A stretch of DNA of 64,000 nt from Chara braunii (taxonomy: Eukaryota > Plantae > Charophyceae), in contig BFEA01000014.1 in the NCBI GenBank assembly GCA_003427395.1, positions 527,883 to 591,882 on the forward strand, read 5' to 3'. The notes below the pieces were generated by a model, which saw only the letters and a list, made by a program, of their open reading frames with translations, was not told the origin of the DNA and did not search any database. The translations under genes and the position numbers were made by a program. Shown piece after piece: positions 24,460-39,150 of the stretch; position 1 is the first letter of the stretch; each line of letters starts with the position of its first letter.

Positions 24460-26544
24460 GGTTTTCGTTCCTTGACTCGTGTGTGGTGTGGCGCTCAATC
24501 GCAGTCCCTTTGCACTTTCGCCATCATAGCAAAGGCAGGCTGGCGTGACTGTGACTGTAACTGTGGGACTCTAAAAAAAAAAAAAAAAAAAAAAAGAACT
24601 GTGGGTCTCGCCCCACGGCACACGAAACGAAAACGAAAGGATTGCATCTGCCCACGAAAGGTGGCAAAATACACTCGTTACTATTTATAGCAAACCGATG
24701 CACGTGGCCATTTTTTCTGTAGGAAGATGCAGTGCCACTCGTTTGTTTTTGGTTTCGTGTTCTGTGCGGCGACGCCCTGTGGAAAGTTACCAGGTCCTTC
24801 GGTGGGTGGGCGTGGTTGAGAACGTATTCCTTATAGCCCATAACGGTAAAGGTAGGTAAGCAACCCGATATTACTCATAGAATGAGAAAGCGAAAGGGAT
24901 GCAGAATCACTTCTCACACACCTCCCCTGCCTCCTCTGTCACAGCCTCCCCTTCATCCTTTTCCCGCGGTGACCAGCACCAGCTGAACCACTCCGATTCG
25001 CACCAGCTGAACCAAAGTGAGCTCGACATATGCAGCAAAGAGCAACCGATCAGAAGCAGCCCTCCACAGGGACAAGACTCAGAAGGGAGCAACAAATCTG
25101 ACAACCACCGGAGGTGCTGTCATTCGAGAGTAAAGCGACTCAACATTATGCCAGTAACTCCACACCTGGTTGCACGTAATGTCGACGGGACAGATTCAAC
25201 AGGCACACAATCCTCGACCTGCACCAACAACCAACGACTTACAGTTGGGAATCGGTACCAGGACATCACCATTCGGGACCTCATGTCCAAACCGCAGATC
25301 TACTACATCTAAGGACAACAAGATAATCGGACATTACAGTTTTCTAAATCAACGGCGGACAAATTTCAATTCAGCATCTACGGTCGCATCGGAGGTTTGA
25401 CATGACACTCACCCTGGCTGGAGTACGGGCTCGCTGGCCTGTCCTCTCCCACTGCTTTGACCTGTGACTGTATAAGTCACAGGCGTCTGCCCAGCCACGA
25501 TAGCTTGCGTGCTTTCTCGAGCCACGCCTTCCAGGCCCCGACCACCTGCAGCATTCATCGCAAATGCGAACCTGCTCGCACGCCACACAAGGGTCAGGTC
25601 TCTCAGAGGTCGAGTCCTTTTTGCCTCGCCTTGATTTGGTGAAGCGGTCCTGCCCACCCTCGATTTTTCCCACGGTGTGCGGTCTGCGGCCCACTTCTAC
25701 AACTCGCTTCTGTGCGATCTGGCATCATCTACGGACTTTCATTTTCCTATTTTATCTGGAGGAGACCTACTCAAGGGCTGTTATTAAACCACTGGTACTT
25801 GGCCCAGCGATCGGCCGCGGAAAAAAATAGAGTAGAAACATTTCTAGTCGGATGAATTTGGGCGCTCCTATAGTGGCCGGTACGTTTTCTAAATTTGTGG
25901 CGCGCTAACGGCCATGACTCGAGGAAGTACTGGTGGTTTAAGTACATCAAAAATTCTGGGTTCTTGCTCTTGACGCATCAGATTCTGTGACCATATAACA
26001 GGGCAGCTACAATCAAGTCCAGAATTTTGTTACTTAGAGGTAATGAACAATAGGAATACCCCTTCCCAGACTGTACTGAGAGCAAGAGGGAAAACTAGAA
26101 CAGACACCTCAGGATCCTGCTTTTCATGCCCGCACTCACTCTTGCTACACAAGTACCACACACGCTGGGCTACAGTCTCCTTCTAGATCTCGAGTGTATC
26201 CCACGGGTCCTTAGGCCACCGACACTTTAATTGCAAGCAACTTAGGCTACAGCAACAAATCTTCCCGCCAAAAAGTCATTCTAGGAAGGGAGCCCTAGAG
26301 TTTGCAGTCCAAGCTCCAAGGATCACAAAGCTCATGTACATGAGGTCTGAGAGGGTATAGGGTTTAAGGGGTTACAGGGGGGTTGCTGGAAAGGGCGGGG
26401 TTAATAGACAAAGGGTGTTCTCAGAGGGGACGGGTGTCACTAGCAGCTCCAAGGGACAACAAGGACCCGGGACTAAGAAGAGAAAAGCCCACCGCCCTAC
26501 GAAAACAACAAGCAGTAATCCATGAGTTATGGATTGTATCAATG

Positions 26545-26716
26545 CAACGCTGGACACGGTTTCCATCAGGTGCCACTCCCCACCAATAGATGGAGCAGCC
26601 CCCAAGAGAGACCCTCAATCCCGGCGGTTCTCTAACCACTACCCGGAGAGAGGGCTTTCGCAAGAGTTATTCTTGTATTAAAAGAAGAAGAAGAAGAAGA
26701 AGAAGAAGAAGAAGAA
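26545..26716 (+). mobile_element. Non-LTR retroelement 3' end or SINE with stem-loop core and (GAA)n tail
   Basis: Core gctggac..ggtttcca.caggtg...ctccccaccaatagatggagc shared with ~32810 (+), ~39615 (-), ~45277 (+) and ~50380 (-), each near an A-rich tail. Confidence 0.7.
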
Positions 26717-26899
26717 ACTGGAGGAGGGCAAAGAAATAGACAAGTCCTAAGAATTCCCGAGCGCCAACCGATAGGCCGTAAAGAATTGTCATTAAAGCTC
26801 CGCCGAAAAACATCAGGATAGCCGTGAAAAACATGGCGCAGCGAACCAATGCTGCCTTTCGACCGTCCGCCCAAGGGTCTCTACAATCGCAAGGAAAGG

Positions 26900-27212
26900 G
26901 ACTGGACGAACAGTTGACACAGTTAAGGTACATCTTAAATGACTATCGAGAACTCCTTCCGGACGAATAGTTGACACAGATTAAGTACGTCTAGAATGAC
27001 TATCGAGAACTCATTTTCACCACTACTGGCGTAGCAGCTAATGGAAAGAGCAGAAAAAGAGCAGAGAAAGAGGTCTCTACAGTCACAAGGAAAGAGACTG
27101 GATGAATAGTTGACACATCTTAAGTACATCTAGAAAGACTATCGAGAACTCCTTTCGGACAAATAGTTGACACAGCTTACGTACATCTAGAATGACTATC
27201 GAGAACTCCTTC
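26900..27212. repeat. Tandem repeat, ~55-57-bp unit, ~4 copies
   Basis: gactatcgagaactcct...aatagttgacacag...gtacatctagaa repeated. Confidence 0.8.
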
Positions 27213-27607
27213 CCAGTGTCCCACCGTCACACCACTGTCGTAATGCTGTTACGATGATGGAAAGAGCAGAAAAAAAACAGAAAAAGATACCAAATACTAG
27301 ACCAGAAAAAGTAGATAGACCGGAAAGAGACCGGATACGTGACGGACAAGCCCAGGCCGTACCAAAAATAACAGTCACGACTAAACCAAGCTCAGACCGG
27401 GGGGGACCAGAAAACAGACCACCACTTCTTCGACAGCCATCTGTCTTTCACTAATGTGTCCAGCCAATGTTACCCTTTCAAACATCGGAATTTTTTTTTT
27501 TTTTTAATATATAAGAAGAAGAAAAAAAGCAAAACAAAAAAAAACAAGGTTAGACACAATCTGTCAGGCCCACTGTTCAGGACCCCCACACAACATACAG
27601 ACTAACC

Positions 27608-29130
27608 ATTTTTTTTTTTTTTTTTTTTTTAATGCGTAACTTCTCGTTAAAAAAACAGGTAAAATGAGGTCGGGGACCTCACAATTCAACCCGGAGTCAT
27701 CCTGGGAGCATTACCCAGTTTCGGTTACGAGCGCTTGCTCGAGAACCCTTGTACCAGTCTAAGGAGCCTGAGGAAACTCAAGGAACAATATTGACCAAAC
27801 TTAGGCCTCTTTCCTGCTACCTCGCTCCTGAAAAAAGGAAAATAAACGAAGTTTCAAGCTTACAAAACCACACAATCCAAAAGATAACCCTAATTAAAAC
27901 GAAAAAAATGACTTCAAGCCTAGAAAGCCTCACAACCAAGGAACTATCCTACCCACAACCACCCTACTACCTACTCATCTACCATTCCGTCTAAAACAAC
28001 AGGTGGTCCCCTCTGGGATTCATAAGCCTCACATGGTACTCCCGCCTCAACCTATGTTACCGCGCGTTCATTGAACGCGGGTTTTCCGTTCAGAAATTGA
28101 ACGGAATGAACGCGCGTTCAGTGAACGCGACCGAACGCGGAGTTCAATTCCGCACAGAAAAAAAAANNNNNNNNNNNNNNNNNNNNNNNNNNNNNNNNNN
28201 NNNNNNNNNNNNNNNNNNNNNNNNNNNNNNNNNNNNAAAAAAAAAAGGTTCTCTAAATATTCCGAAAAACAAATATGTTATGAAGAACAATAAAATAAAC
28301 AACTTTTCCCGGAGAATCACATCCAAATTCGCTATCAAATTCGAAATAAAAATAGAGAACAGAAAATAGAAAAAAGCAAAAAAAAAATTGAAATTAGTGG
28401 GCGAACATGATTTGACACCGCCATCTTTGGCGATTTTTCATTTTTTTGTCCGTTGGCAAAATTGACTCCAAAATTTACAGACATGTAGCCCACATTATAT
28501 AGAACTCAAAAAAAAAAATCAGAAAAAAAACAATATTTTTAGGCATCAAAAATAGTTTTTGAAAAAAAAAAATAAAAAAAAAATTGAACGCCGTTCAATT
28601 TTTTAACGCAAACGCGCAATCCGCGTTCAAACGCACATTTGAACGTGAACGCGCGTTCACCACGTTCAAACGGTTACATAGGCCTCTACACTCAGCCAAC
28701 CGCCATCCTCCTGCGGATTTAAAAGAACCGAGTGACCAAGGTTCATAAAATTATAAACCATTTGTCCCAGACTAACTTTCCTGCTTCCAATTTTACCAGC
28801 TTACCTTCTCTGCCCCAGGTATCTCCGCACAATTTTGACTCGCAGCCCTGGCTTTTTCTCATCCAGTCAACCTGAATAGTCCTTCTCAAGGATGTTTTAA
28901 ACATGCATCTGATCTCCTTGTTGTCGAATATTTGTAGGTTCCTTTCTTTCCAAATGACATCGCACCCAATCGCACGAACGACTTGGCAATGAACAATGTA
29001 GCCCCAACCTTCCTTTGGGTTCAGTGAGTTTGGGATTCCACCCAAAAGGACTCAATCATGGTTCCAGTCTAGGCAATTGTCAGTAAGGTTGGTCCGAAAA
29101 TTTTGCCACCAGTCCCAAATTCGTTTCGAG
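27608..29130 (-). mobile_element. L1-clade LINE 3' fragment interrupted by a hAT MITE
   Basis: ORF 28743-29045 contains an IWKERN..IF motif typical of the L1 ORF2 C-terminus; poly(T) on + at 27609-27630. Confidence 0.5.
28052..28681. mobile_element. hAT-type MITE with gaacgcg subterminal repeats
   Basis: TIR ctatgttaccg / cggttacatag; 8-bp TSD gcctcaac/gcctctac (7/8); relative at ~63612-63707. Confidence 0.75.
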
Positions 29131-32100
29131 GTTGGACAATACAAGAATTAGAATCTCAATTATTCTCTCGCACGGAGTATCGATGGCATGGTATGAGAAT
29201 TCGAGGAAGAATTGGGAAACATCACACAAAGGGGTCCATGGATGCAAGGTTTTTTGCTATGGCAAGAGCCCGTACTGGAAGAACGATCATTGAGGCTTTG
29301 GCCCATCCTCATAATCTGAATGGTCTTCTTGTCACCTCTACCGCTGAGTGCACTAAAATTACGAGGGATTTTTTTAAGGATCTTTTTCTTTATGAGAATA
29401 GTGATATTCCTTTGATTCAGCGTAGCATCGAGATAGACGAATTCTGCACTCCTTTGACTACTATGACTAGAGGTCTATCTGACGTCCAGAAGGAACAATT
29501 AGACTTGCCAGTAACTAAAGATGAAGTATGGACTGCTCTAATGCTTATGGAGGAAGAAAAGACTCATGGCATTGATGGTTTACCAAAAGAATATTGGGAG
29601 TCCATATGGGACTTCATCTCCCAAGATCTCATGAATTTCTATCAAGAAGTATGGATGTCGGGCCGGATGGGGGAATTTGTGGGTCAAGGTGTTTTGACAT
29701 TGTTATATAAGAAAGGAGACAAGTATAATATTAGGAACTATCGTCCCATTACTCTGTTAACAGTAGTATACAAGTTGATATCTAAGGTTCTTACTAATAG
29801 GCTGAGCAAGTATATTGCAGATATAGTTCACTCTTCCCAAACTGGGTTCATTCAAGGAAGGAATATCCAGGACAATATCCTGCTTGTTAATAAACTTATC
29901 AAGCTCTCTCGTCAGTCCAAGCATAATGCTGCCTTTATTTTCATTGACTTTGAAAAAACCTATAATCACATTGATTATTTTTTTCTAGATAAATGCTTAG
30001 AAAAAATCAATTTTTGTCCACTCTTTAGAAGATGGATTAGAATCTTGCATAGAAATACTACCACAAGGGTTATGATTCATGGTAATGTGGCACCTCCCCC
30101 CCCATTGTTATTCAAAGATCAGTGAGACAAGGTGACCATATTGCTCCGCTCCTCTTTGTGATCATCATGGAAGCTTTAGCAGTTAATTTAAGACATCACA
30201 AAGACATTAGTCGTATCCAGATTTCTTATATACTAGAGGAAGCTATCCCAGTATGCTCTCTCTTTGCACACGATCTCTCTCTAATGGTTGGGGCTTCACA
30301 AGCAAATTTAGATGCAATTAAGAGAATTATGGACACATTCTGCAGGCTTTTTGATATGAGGGTAAACTGGGGTAACAAAACTTTGGGCTGGTGGATTCAT
30401 TATTAAGGTGTGAGGCCCCCTGAGCATCCCAGATTAAATGGATGCAGACGGACGTACCAATTAGAGTACTAGGGGTTTCTCTTTTGACTACAGACAAAAC
30501 ATTAACCAATAATGAAGGAATTTTGCAATATGCCCATTCGAAATTAGAATTGTGGAAAGATAAACATATCTCCTTATTTGGGAGGTCTCTTGTAATTAAC
30601 AATGTGGTCTTGGTCTCCATTTGGTATAAAACTGCGTTATGGGCCCTAGATAAATTGACTCTCAAAATTTTTCAGCGTCAACTGGCAGTTTTTTTGTGGC
30701 GTGGGATCCATGAGCAGAAAAATGTCATCAGCAGAGCAGCATGGTTATCAATAATTCAACCTAAGTTTATGGATGGTCTTGGGATCATTGATCCTCAACC
30801 CAAGTTATAACACTTTCTCTTCAATGGATTAAACGTCTATTACTTAACCCCCTCACTCCTTGGAGCCCACTCGCCTGTGAGCAGATTAAGAGGTTAACAC
30901 CTCATACTCCAGCTGAGACAGACCCGCTTATGTCATTAGGAAATGGATCCTGGTCTCTTCGAAGGGGCAGTCCTGTGGATCTACATTGCCTGGATCTTTC
31001 AAATAGACAAGCAGCCAGGAGTGACCTCTTTAGAGATCTCTTTTGGAGCACATTGTTGAAAAATTGGAGGAAACTGCCTCTGTCAGATAAAATATCACCG
31101 GCGAGATGGGAAGAGGTTTGTCAACAACCCTTATTTAATAATACATTTATAAGAGATTCTCGAGGATGTGTTCTCCACTGTATGGAGACCCCTTGGCTTG
31201 GTTGGATTCAGAGAGGAATTATACGTATTAAGGATATTTAGAATCAAGAAACTCGAGATTGGTTCTCATCCTTAGACCTTCAGGAATGACTGCGCTATAG
31301 TCATCATCAGAGGATCGTTTTGGATAATATCATTGATTTAATTCCTTTGGACTGAGTTAGAATCTTAAGGAAAGAGCCTAAGTTTCTCCCTGGTGACTAG
31401 GTGGCAATTCACAGTCTTAAGGGGATAGTGGGGTATATAATTGAGACCCGTAATCCAGAGGATATTCTAATTTATATTCTTGATTTGCAAGAGGATGAAT
31501 TTCTTGTTCCCAAAACTCATAATGATACTAGGTGGTGTACGGCTGACCAGTTTTTCCGGGTTAGAGTATTAAAAGTCAATCATAAATGTCTCTCCTTTAA
31601 ACCAGAAATACCAATATATCATCTACCCTTTGACCCACTGAATTGGACCTGGTCTTGCCCACGTAAACAATGACGATCCTACTCTAGATCCTTACATACT
31701 TTATCTGTGAAGTCCACTTATAGAATGCTTCGCCCTAGGGTTAATCTTAGAGACCGCATTGAAGATCGTTGGATGAAGAATCTGAAGATCAACAAGGAAG
31801 AACTAAGAGGGGTTAAGTGGTTCCAAACGTGTAAAGGTAAGCCTGCTAAGGTAATTTCCTTGCAATGGCAAATAACTCACCGTTGTCTCCCTACTAATTA
31901 CTGGATTATTGACAGAACCTCATTAGAACATAAAGGTATCGCTCATCCATCATGATGGTGTAAGTTCTGTAGATCAGTTTTCTCATCCAAACTCTTTTCT
32001 AAAATAATTGAGCATATTTTCTCCAATGCCCAGGATCGGTCTAGCTTTGGCATTGGTGGGATAGGATTTGGAGTCAGTTGGGAACCACCCTCCCCTAGCC

Positions 32101-32330
32101 GTGGGAATGGAAAGCTCTTCTCCTAGAATTCTGGCATCTGGATCAAGTGGATGACTTCACTGATAATTTGTTCATAATTGGTAAAAGAGCAATCATTTGG
32201 GCAATATGGGTTAGAAGGTGTACCTATGAAATGGAAGGTGCCCGACTGGATGACCCAGAGTTCACTGATTCTATCAAACAACATATTCAAACAAATATTA
32301 CTATTAATGAAAAAAATTAAAAAAAAAAAT
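29130..32330 (+). mobile_element. 5'-truncated, frameshifted L1-clade LINE (RT and C-terminal Zn-finger region)
   Basis: GIDGLPKEYW, NYRPITLL, QTGFIQGRNI, DFEKTYN, RQGD..APLLF, LFAHDL (decayed FADD), CLPTN; A-rich end ~32310-32330. Confidence 0.92.
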
Positions 32331-32959
32331 CCATCATCTTTCATTACAGAATGAGATTTGGCAACACATCAAACAATTTAATAGAAGCTGGCTTGGGGGA
32401 GACCAGGGAGGGAGGTTGGGGCGGGTGTTGTGGGAAGGTGCACATGAGAAATTCAAAAGGACCTTTTTAAAGGAATCATAGATTAGTCTTCAATTATTGG
32501 AGTTCTGTTGATCCCACTATTCCACTAAGACCATTATCTGACTTCCCTGATCCCTTTCCCCTACCAGGGGCTTGTCTGGTTCCCTCTTCGTGGTATGGGT
32601 AAAGCTCGTAGGTACGTCCCATTTTGTCTATACTGTTAAAGTTTTTTTTTTTGGTTTTGTGCTTGATAGTCACGAGTTCTGGCGCCCAGGGTGGGTGAAG
32701 AGGCACAAAGTTACTATTCTCAGTTTTCTCATTTGTTCCATTCTCAAATCTCATGGGGGACGCTGCACCCGTTTGCAGCAAATGGCTCAATTGTTTTATT
32801 TGTATCGAAAGGGACGCTGGACCCACTTTCTAGCAGGTGTAGCTTTCCACGAATAGACCGAAGCCCCCCGTAAGACAGGTAGGAGTGTATGCTCATATCA
32901 TCCTTTCTATCTATCGAGAAGGGGGGTTTCTAAAATAAAAAAAATAAATAAAAAAAAAT

Positions 32960-35900
32960 CATACCACAAGTGAGTGGTAGATTCATATGCCCAGCTGTAT
33001 CTTTAGCAGGCCATTTCCACTTTCAATCCACGTTGCACCAGATTTACTGCCGACGGAGTGGCTAATAATGAAAGCAACCACACATTGACTACCAGTCTTG
33101 GGATCTTGTACCATCTAGTCATGGTTACATTACGAGGAGTACGGGGGGGGCTCTGGATCTTGTACCCCAAGGTTACCGAATACGATGAGACGGGTAACTT
33201 GAAGTCTACACCCTCTAGGCCTTCCCCTTTCCAGCCCCACAATTTGGGGTCTAAGCGGAGGCTAGAGATCGGATGACCCAATGCAAAAACAATGGCAAGT
33301 CCAGTTTCCTTCCTCTTCACAAGATTCCCACACCCAAACTTGGTTCAGGCCAGCCGTAAGAGGGGGGTGAGTATCACCCTCTTGTTGTATCAACTGACCA
33401 GGTTGGTCCTTTTGTATACCAGTCCAGTGTTCAAACGATCTGAACCTCTTGTTAGTGCAAATAATGTGTTCCAATTTCCAGAAGGAGTTTGTATCTGTCG
33501 GGTCCTGGCTAATATACCAAGTCCCCGGTGGATCCACACCTTCCAGACTTAGGAGAAAATTTCATTTTTCAGGTATTGCATTGATGAGGTCCTCCCTGCG
33601 TTCTTCAACGTACAAAATAGCCCCCAATTGAGTTCTGATCTCCGATGGCGAAAGCCATCTGTTCTCAAGGTCATTCGAAATGTCAGCTATCCTCAGTACT
33701 CCTTTCTCTATCCAACTGCATTCAAAGCTAGTGCTTGCTGAGTCTGCTGCAAACCAACTGTTATATGTCTTCCTGATAAACGGATTTTCAAGCAGAGGCT
33801 GTAGCAGGATTTCAGATTCTATTGCAGGTTGTAGCCACGAGTTTGGTTGTAATTTCCTCCAGGCACGTACAATCGCTTTCCAAACATTTGAACCAAGTAT
33901 CCGGTTCTGAATCTCAGATATGAAGGAAGTAACAAGCATGTCCACACATTCGAAGGTCTCACCAAGTTTCATTTTGATGCTACGATGGCTTCATCCATGG
34001 ATATCCTATTGGCTTCCTTAGGAGAGCAAATCGTTTGAGTAATCCATCGAACCAGCATAGCGAGGCTCTTGCAGTAGGGATCAATCATTCCCATGCCCCC
34101 TTCTTCTTTAGCAAAGCAGAGCAAATCCCAAGTTACCTTTGACATAAACCCTTCATTGTCTCCAGCAAAGGGTTTCCAAATGAACAAGGCCGCTCTTCTG
34201 CGAATTAATGCACATAGGGGTTTACCTAAAGGCCTTACTGCTGCAACGAACCACAATAAGGCAAATAGGGGTCCCGTTGATGATCATCACACGGCCCATC
34301 AGAGAAAGATGCGGAGCTTTACCCCAAATGGAGGCCCTCTGTAAGATTTTTTGCACTATAATACCTTCTTGGTCAACTGTACAGGTAAGAAGGGATACTT
34401 GCACCCCTAAGAATCTCTCAAAGTCTTTTGCGAGTATGTGTTTCATTCCCCAGTTAACTACCGGTGATAGAGAGTCTGGGAGAAAAAACACAGACTTCGA
34501 CCAAATAACAGACGCGTCAGAAAGCATCGAGTACTCATCAATGCAGTATTTTAAGGCTGTCATGGAGGACACCGAGTTCTCAGAGATGGCAAACAAGTCG
34601 TCTGCTAGTGCTTTTACTTGGCAATGAGACGCTCCCATGATAAGACCTTTAAATTTATCTGTGTATTTCCTCTAATGTTGCACAATAAATTTTCTATTTG
34701 AAGTACAAATAGGAGAGGCGCCAGGGGACAGCCCTGTCTTAGCGACCTGGATAGGGCAAATGATTCAGAGAGGTGGCCATTCACCATTACAGATGTTGTA
34801 GAAAGGGAATATAGGGTTACAACCCAATTGCACAGATTTTCCCCAAATCCAACGTGTCTTAGCATAGTGAGCACATATGTCTAATTTACACAATCATAAG
34901 TTTTTTCCAAATCGAGCATCAAGATCGAAATATTGGCATTAGTACTCCCCACTATCTCTAAAGCTTCAACTGTCGTGACAACGTTGTCAAAGATCGAGCG
35001 ACCCTGTACAAAGGTCGCTTGGTCTTCATCAACAAGAGCAGGTAAGTATCTTCCCAGATGTCGAGCCAAAACTTTAGTTAGCAGTTTATACGAAACGTTA
35101 AGTATAGAAATAGGCCGTCAGTTTCTGATCTCTAAGCGGTCTCTTTTCTTGTATAATAACGATATTATTTTGTTTCGCATACCTTTCGATAGTTCCCTCC
35201 CACTAGAACCCGGTTATATATGTCCACCAGTTCCTTTTTAATTGAGTCCCAAATCACTAGATAAACCTCCATCGGGAGACCATCGTCTCTCGGTGCTTTA
35301 TCGTGTGTCATTGAGCGGAGTGCTTCTCCTGCCTCCTCTACAATTATCGGTCGATCCATGTCTAGCTTTCTGTAATTAGGTATTCTAGCCTTAAATAGTG
35401 TCCAGTAATTAGAGTCTTCAAACAGGTGTATTGTAATGTCCTCGTCAAACCTACTTGTCACGAGGATATCCTGGTAGTATAAAGCCGCGTAGGAGTACAG
35501 TTGGGATTGGTCTTGGGCCGGGAGGTTATCATGATCAAACGGATGCATTAACTCACTCATGGGTTGAGTCAAGCGTTTGGGCAGCAACTTTTGAAAAGAT
35601 TTGCGGGTCATATGGTCGTAGACCTCTATGCCTTTGACTTTCAAACGTTCTGCCTAGGCGTCTGACTGTTCCTATTGGAAAAAGTTTCAATCCGCCATCA
35701 ACTGTTTCCTTTTGTTACTCCAAACCAGGTTAGATATGTGATGCAGACTCATACGAAGTTCGGCATACTCCACTTTCTTCCTCGAACTATCTTCTCGGTT
35801 TCTGCTTTTGGCTGCAAGGATTCTTGAAAAAATATTAAGGTGTTTCGAAAACATTCATGAGTCAGTTTCCTACCATGCCGTTTTGGATTCAAAGGTATCA

Positions 35901-38900
35901 ATCATATTCTTCTAATCTGACCAGAAACAATGCATCCAATCAGTGACCCCCTGGATCTTTTAAGATCTGCGTATTTACTATGAAATACCCTCGGCCTCGA
36001 TCGGTCCTTTGAGCAGTAAATGAGGCGACTAAGGGTTTATGATCCGAGATGGGGCTCGACATTTCACCTATGTCCACTGTAGCAAACCAAGCTTCAGGAA
36101 AAAAGAGAAAGAAATCCAATCTTCTTCTAATGTTACCTTTTCCTTTGCGGACATTGGAGACCCATGTGTAACCTGGTTCAGCACGGTGAAGTAAGTTATA
36201 TGATTCAATCAGGTCTAGTTCATACATCATCTCAGTAAGTTTGATAATGTCTCGACCCCCTCTGACAGCCTCCTGTCTGTCTAGAGAGGTATTCCGGTCA
36301 CCAGTTAAAATCAGATTATCGCTTTCAAGGGTGTATAATGGAATATCATTGAAAAAGGTTTCCTGCTTTGAGCAGCTTGTGGGAGCATAAGCAGAAAAAC
36401 TTACCCATTCCTGTTGGTGAATACAAATTTTAATCTTGACTCATCTTCCCCACAAATCCACGCAAAAGTCCGCAATCTCAACATCTAAACATCTGTGAAT
36501 CAGAATGGAGACCCCTCCTTTAGAACCTCTAGCCGGAAACCAAATTTAAGGTTCATCTCACCATTCCCCAACTCCATAACTTTTTCTTCGGAAAGTTTCG
36601 TTTCCTGAATGCAGGGAATATCTATCTTATGTTCGTGTATCCTAGGCGCCCTTTCTTGTTCCTGCGATTCGAATCCCCTAGCCCAGGAATATTCCACGTA
36701 GCAACCCTAAGCCCGCCCATTCGGCAAGGTAGTCCCAAGTGTTTGGATCTGGGAAGAGCTCCCGCCTGTGTTGTCCGATCGCCACAGCTCCGTCAGAGCT
36801 TGTTTCACAAAGGGGGCATCCAACTTCTTCTCTTTGCCCAACTTGGAGTTGAGCTCGTGCAGAAATTATGCTGTCAAGTTTGGGGTTACCCTGATCCTAC
36901 GGAGGTCAGCACGTTTGCCTTCCAAGAACCAGGAGAAGGGAGTAAGCCGAAGACCTTCCTTCTCCAATTGGTCCAGTTGGCCAAGGAGAAAGCGTGCATC
37001 AAAGAGTGGGGCAAAAAATTTGGCACGATTGCCAAAGACATCAATAATGAAGTGTGGCAATAGAGATCTCCTCAATAATGTGCAAAAGAAGCTAAGCCTT
37101 GTTTTGGAAAAGGGAGCGAGCAAGGGTTTCATCAGCACGGGGCATAGGCGATTTTTGGCAGGCCATGCTGAGGACGGTCGAGATACCATCCGGACCATTC
37201 CACGTAATTACCCACAACTCTCACAGCAGTGCATACTACATACTATTGGAATCAATTTGGTTTTGATGCAGCTCTATCCTTTAGACAAAGACTCCATACG
37301 ACCATGTCCTGTTTTCCGCTTACCTGCTTCCCTGGATGGGGTTTGATTATTGGAGAGGAACGAACCTTCCGTAGAACTTTCGGAGGCCTTCGCACGAAGG
37401 TCATCAACCTGGACATCCACCCCACTACCTCCGCTGAGTCGACGTTGCTTGCTGGGGGATTCTCCCCTAACACGGCCTTGAAATTGTGCAGTACCACATG
37501 TGGTCTCCATCCGCTGCTACAAATTCCCCCTCCTGACATAGAGGGGATGCCTGCTTGGCCATATCCCCATGGGACAAATGCATGCATATTGGCAAAGGAT
37601 GGGCTAACGCCCAATGATGGATCCAGCGGAGGCATGCCCTATTGCTGCTGAAGAAAGGGATGCAGAGGTACATTATGGAAGTACGATACCCAGACCATAT
37701 TGACCGCCGGATAGGCAAGTCCCGGGGATGGAAGGAGTGTCCCAGCTGCCCCTGCTGGTTGACCTGGAGAGAAAATTGGGTTCGCCCGCACCGTAGCATC
37801 CCCTGAAGCACTTGATGCTGCAGCTTTGTTGGCACCTTGGACTCCAGTTTGTTGCGCGGACACTCCTGGTGCTCTAAGCACCCTTTGATAGGCCTGGCGA
37901 GATCCACCCGCCCTCGAATTTGTCGACGCTTCCTCGGGCTTGATTCCTTCGTTTCGGTCTTCAGCACGTGTCTTCCGAGTGGAAAACGGTTCGACACCTT
38001 CTGCACCACTCCGTTTCTGCGTTCGTCATTCTTCCCTCCAACTCATCACCTTGGTGGGTTTTAACCCATATCTTATCTTTCATATTGTCCTCGCAGCTTG
38101 CATCAATGTCTAATCGGATGTCAACGAGCTTCGGGTCGTCTTCATCAGCTTCCGGTTGATGTCTCTTCAAGATCTTGCCAATTGCTCGCTCCACATGCAT
38201 ATTTAGAAAAACCATCTCCCCAGGGGAACTCCCACTGCCACTACCCAAAAAACATTATCGTCAATGGTCCTTCGCCAATCTGTAACCTCCGCTCTTGTCA
38301 TCCTCGACTTAAATTATGTGCGGTATGTGGTATCCGCCAAATCTACGAAGTCAGACTTCTTTGCTAGCATCCAATCGATAATCTCCTAAGTCCTTGGAAT
38401 GTACGATACTACATTCAGACTCTCAACCTTAATCCTACCCCTCTTAAATTCTGCTCCAAACAAGTCCTCCCTTATCCAACCATCTTCGTACGCCCTAATA
38501 ACATCTTCCTTAACCCCTTTTGGAAGAAAGCGAGCCCCGTCTGTAAATATGATAGTCACTGTCCTTCGCTTTAACCATTTGACTTTCATTTCATCCATCC
38601 TATTATTAAGGACAAACTTCACCTCTCTTTCGGGGACCTCCATCGTTCCTCCATCGATGTCTATTGGGATGATTCCCTCTTTGTAACATCCCCTTACCTT
38701 TCCCATCACTCGTTCTTCCTCCAATCTGTAGTCGGTAGGGACCTGAGCTCTGGCATCGCCTGTCCCCTGTGGCGGGGCAGGCGGTTCCGCTTCCATCTTG
38801 AGGCTAAAACTCACTAATCCTCACTTCTCTGGGCTACTTACTTCGCCCTACTCGTTCCACTCCACTCTCTTGTTGACAAAATTTTACTCTCTGCGGCGGG

Positions 38901-39150
38901 TGGGCGACGACAACAAGTCTGACCACTGACACCATCAACTATGGACAAGCCATAGGTCTTCATCAAGACGAGAGACAATGAGATGTCACCTACGACAGTA
39001 GTTCCTCGGTGGAACCGACATCGCTGGTCAGGCCTGTCGAATCGGCAAGCAACGTTAGGGCCGAGTGCTAACGCACTAGAGCTAGCGTTGAAACGTCGTC
39101 CCCAGTTTTTTCCATTTTGCACATCAGACTAACCATCTCATGGATAGGGT
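32960..39150 (-). mobile_element. Near-full-length decayed L1-clade LINE: ORF1, APE endonuclease, RT
   Basis: ORF1 zinc knuckle CRRCRTVFHSEDTC; ORF2 starts at 36720 MAGLRVATWN with CIQETKL and SDHKPL (APE); DLEKTYD, RQGCPLAPLLF and LADD (RT); many stops and frameshifts. Confidence 0.92.

Noticed and set aside
24899-25312. 137-aa Ser/Gln-rich ORF
   Set aside because: No recognisable motif or splice structure; cannot be supported as a gene.
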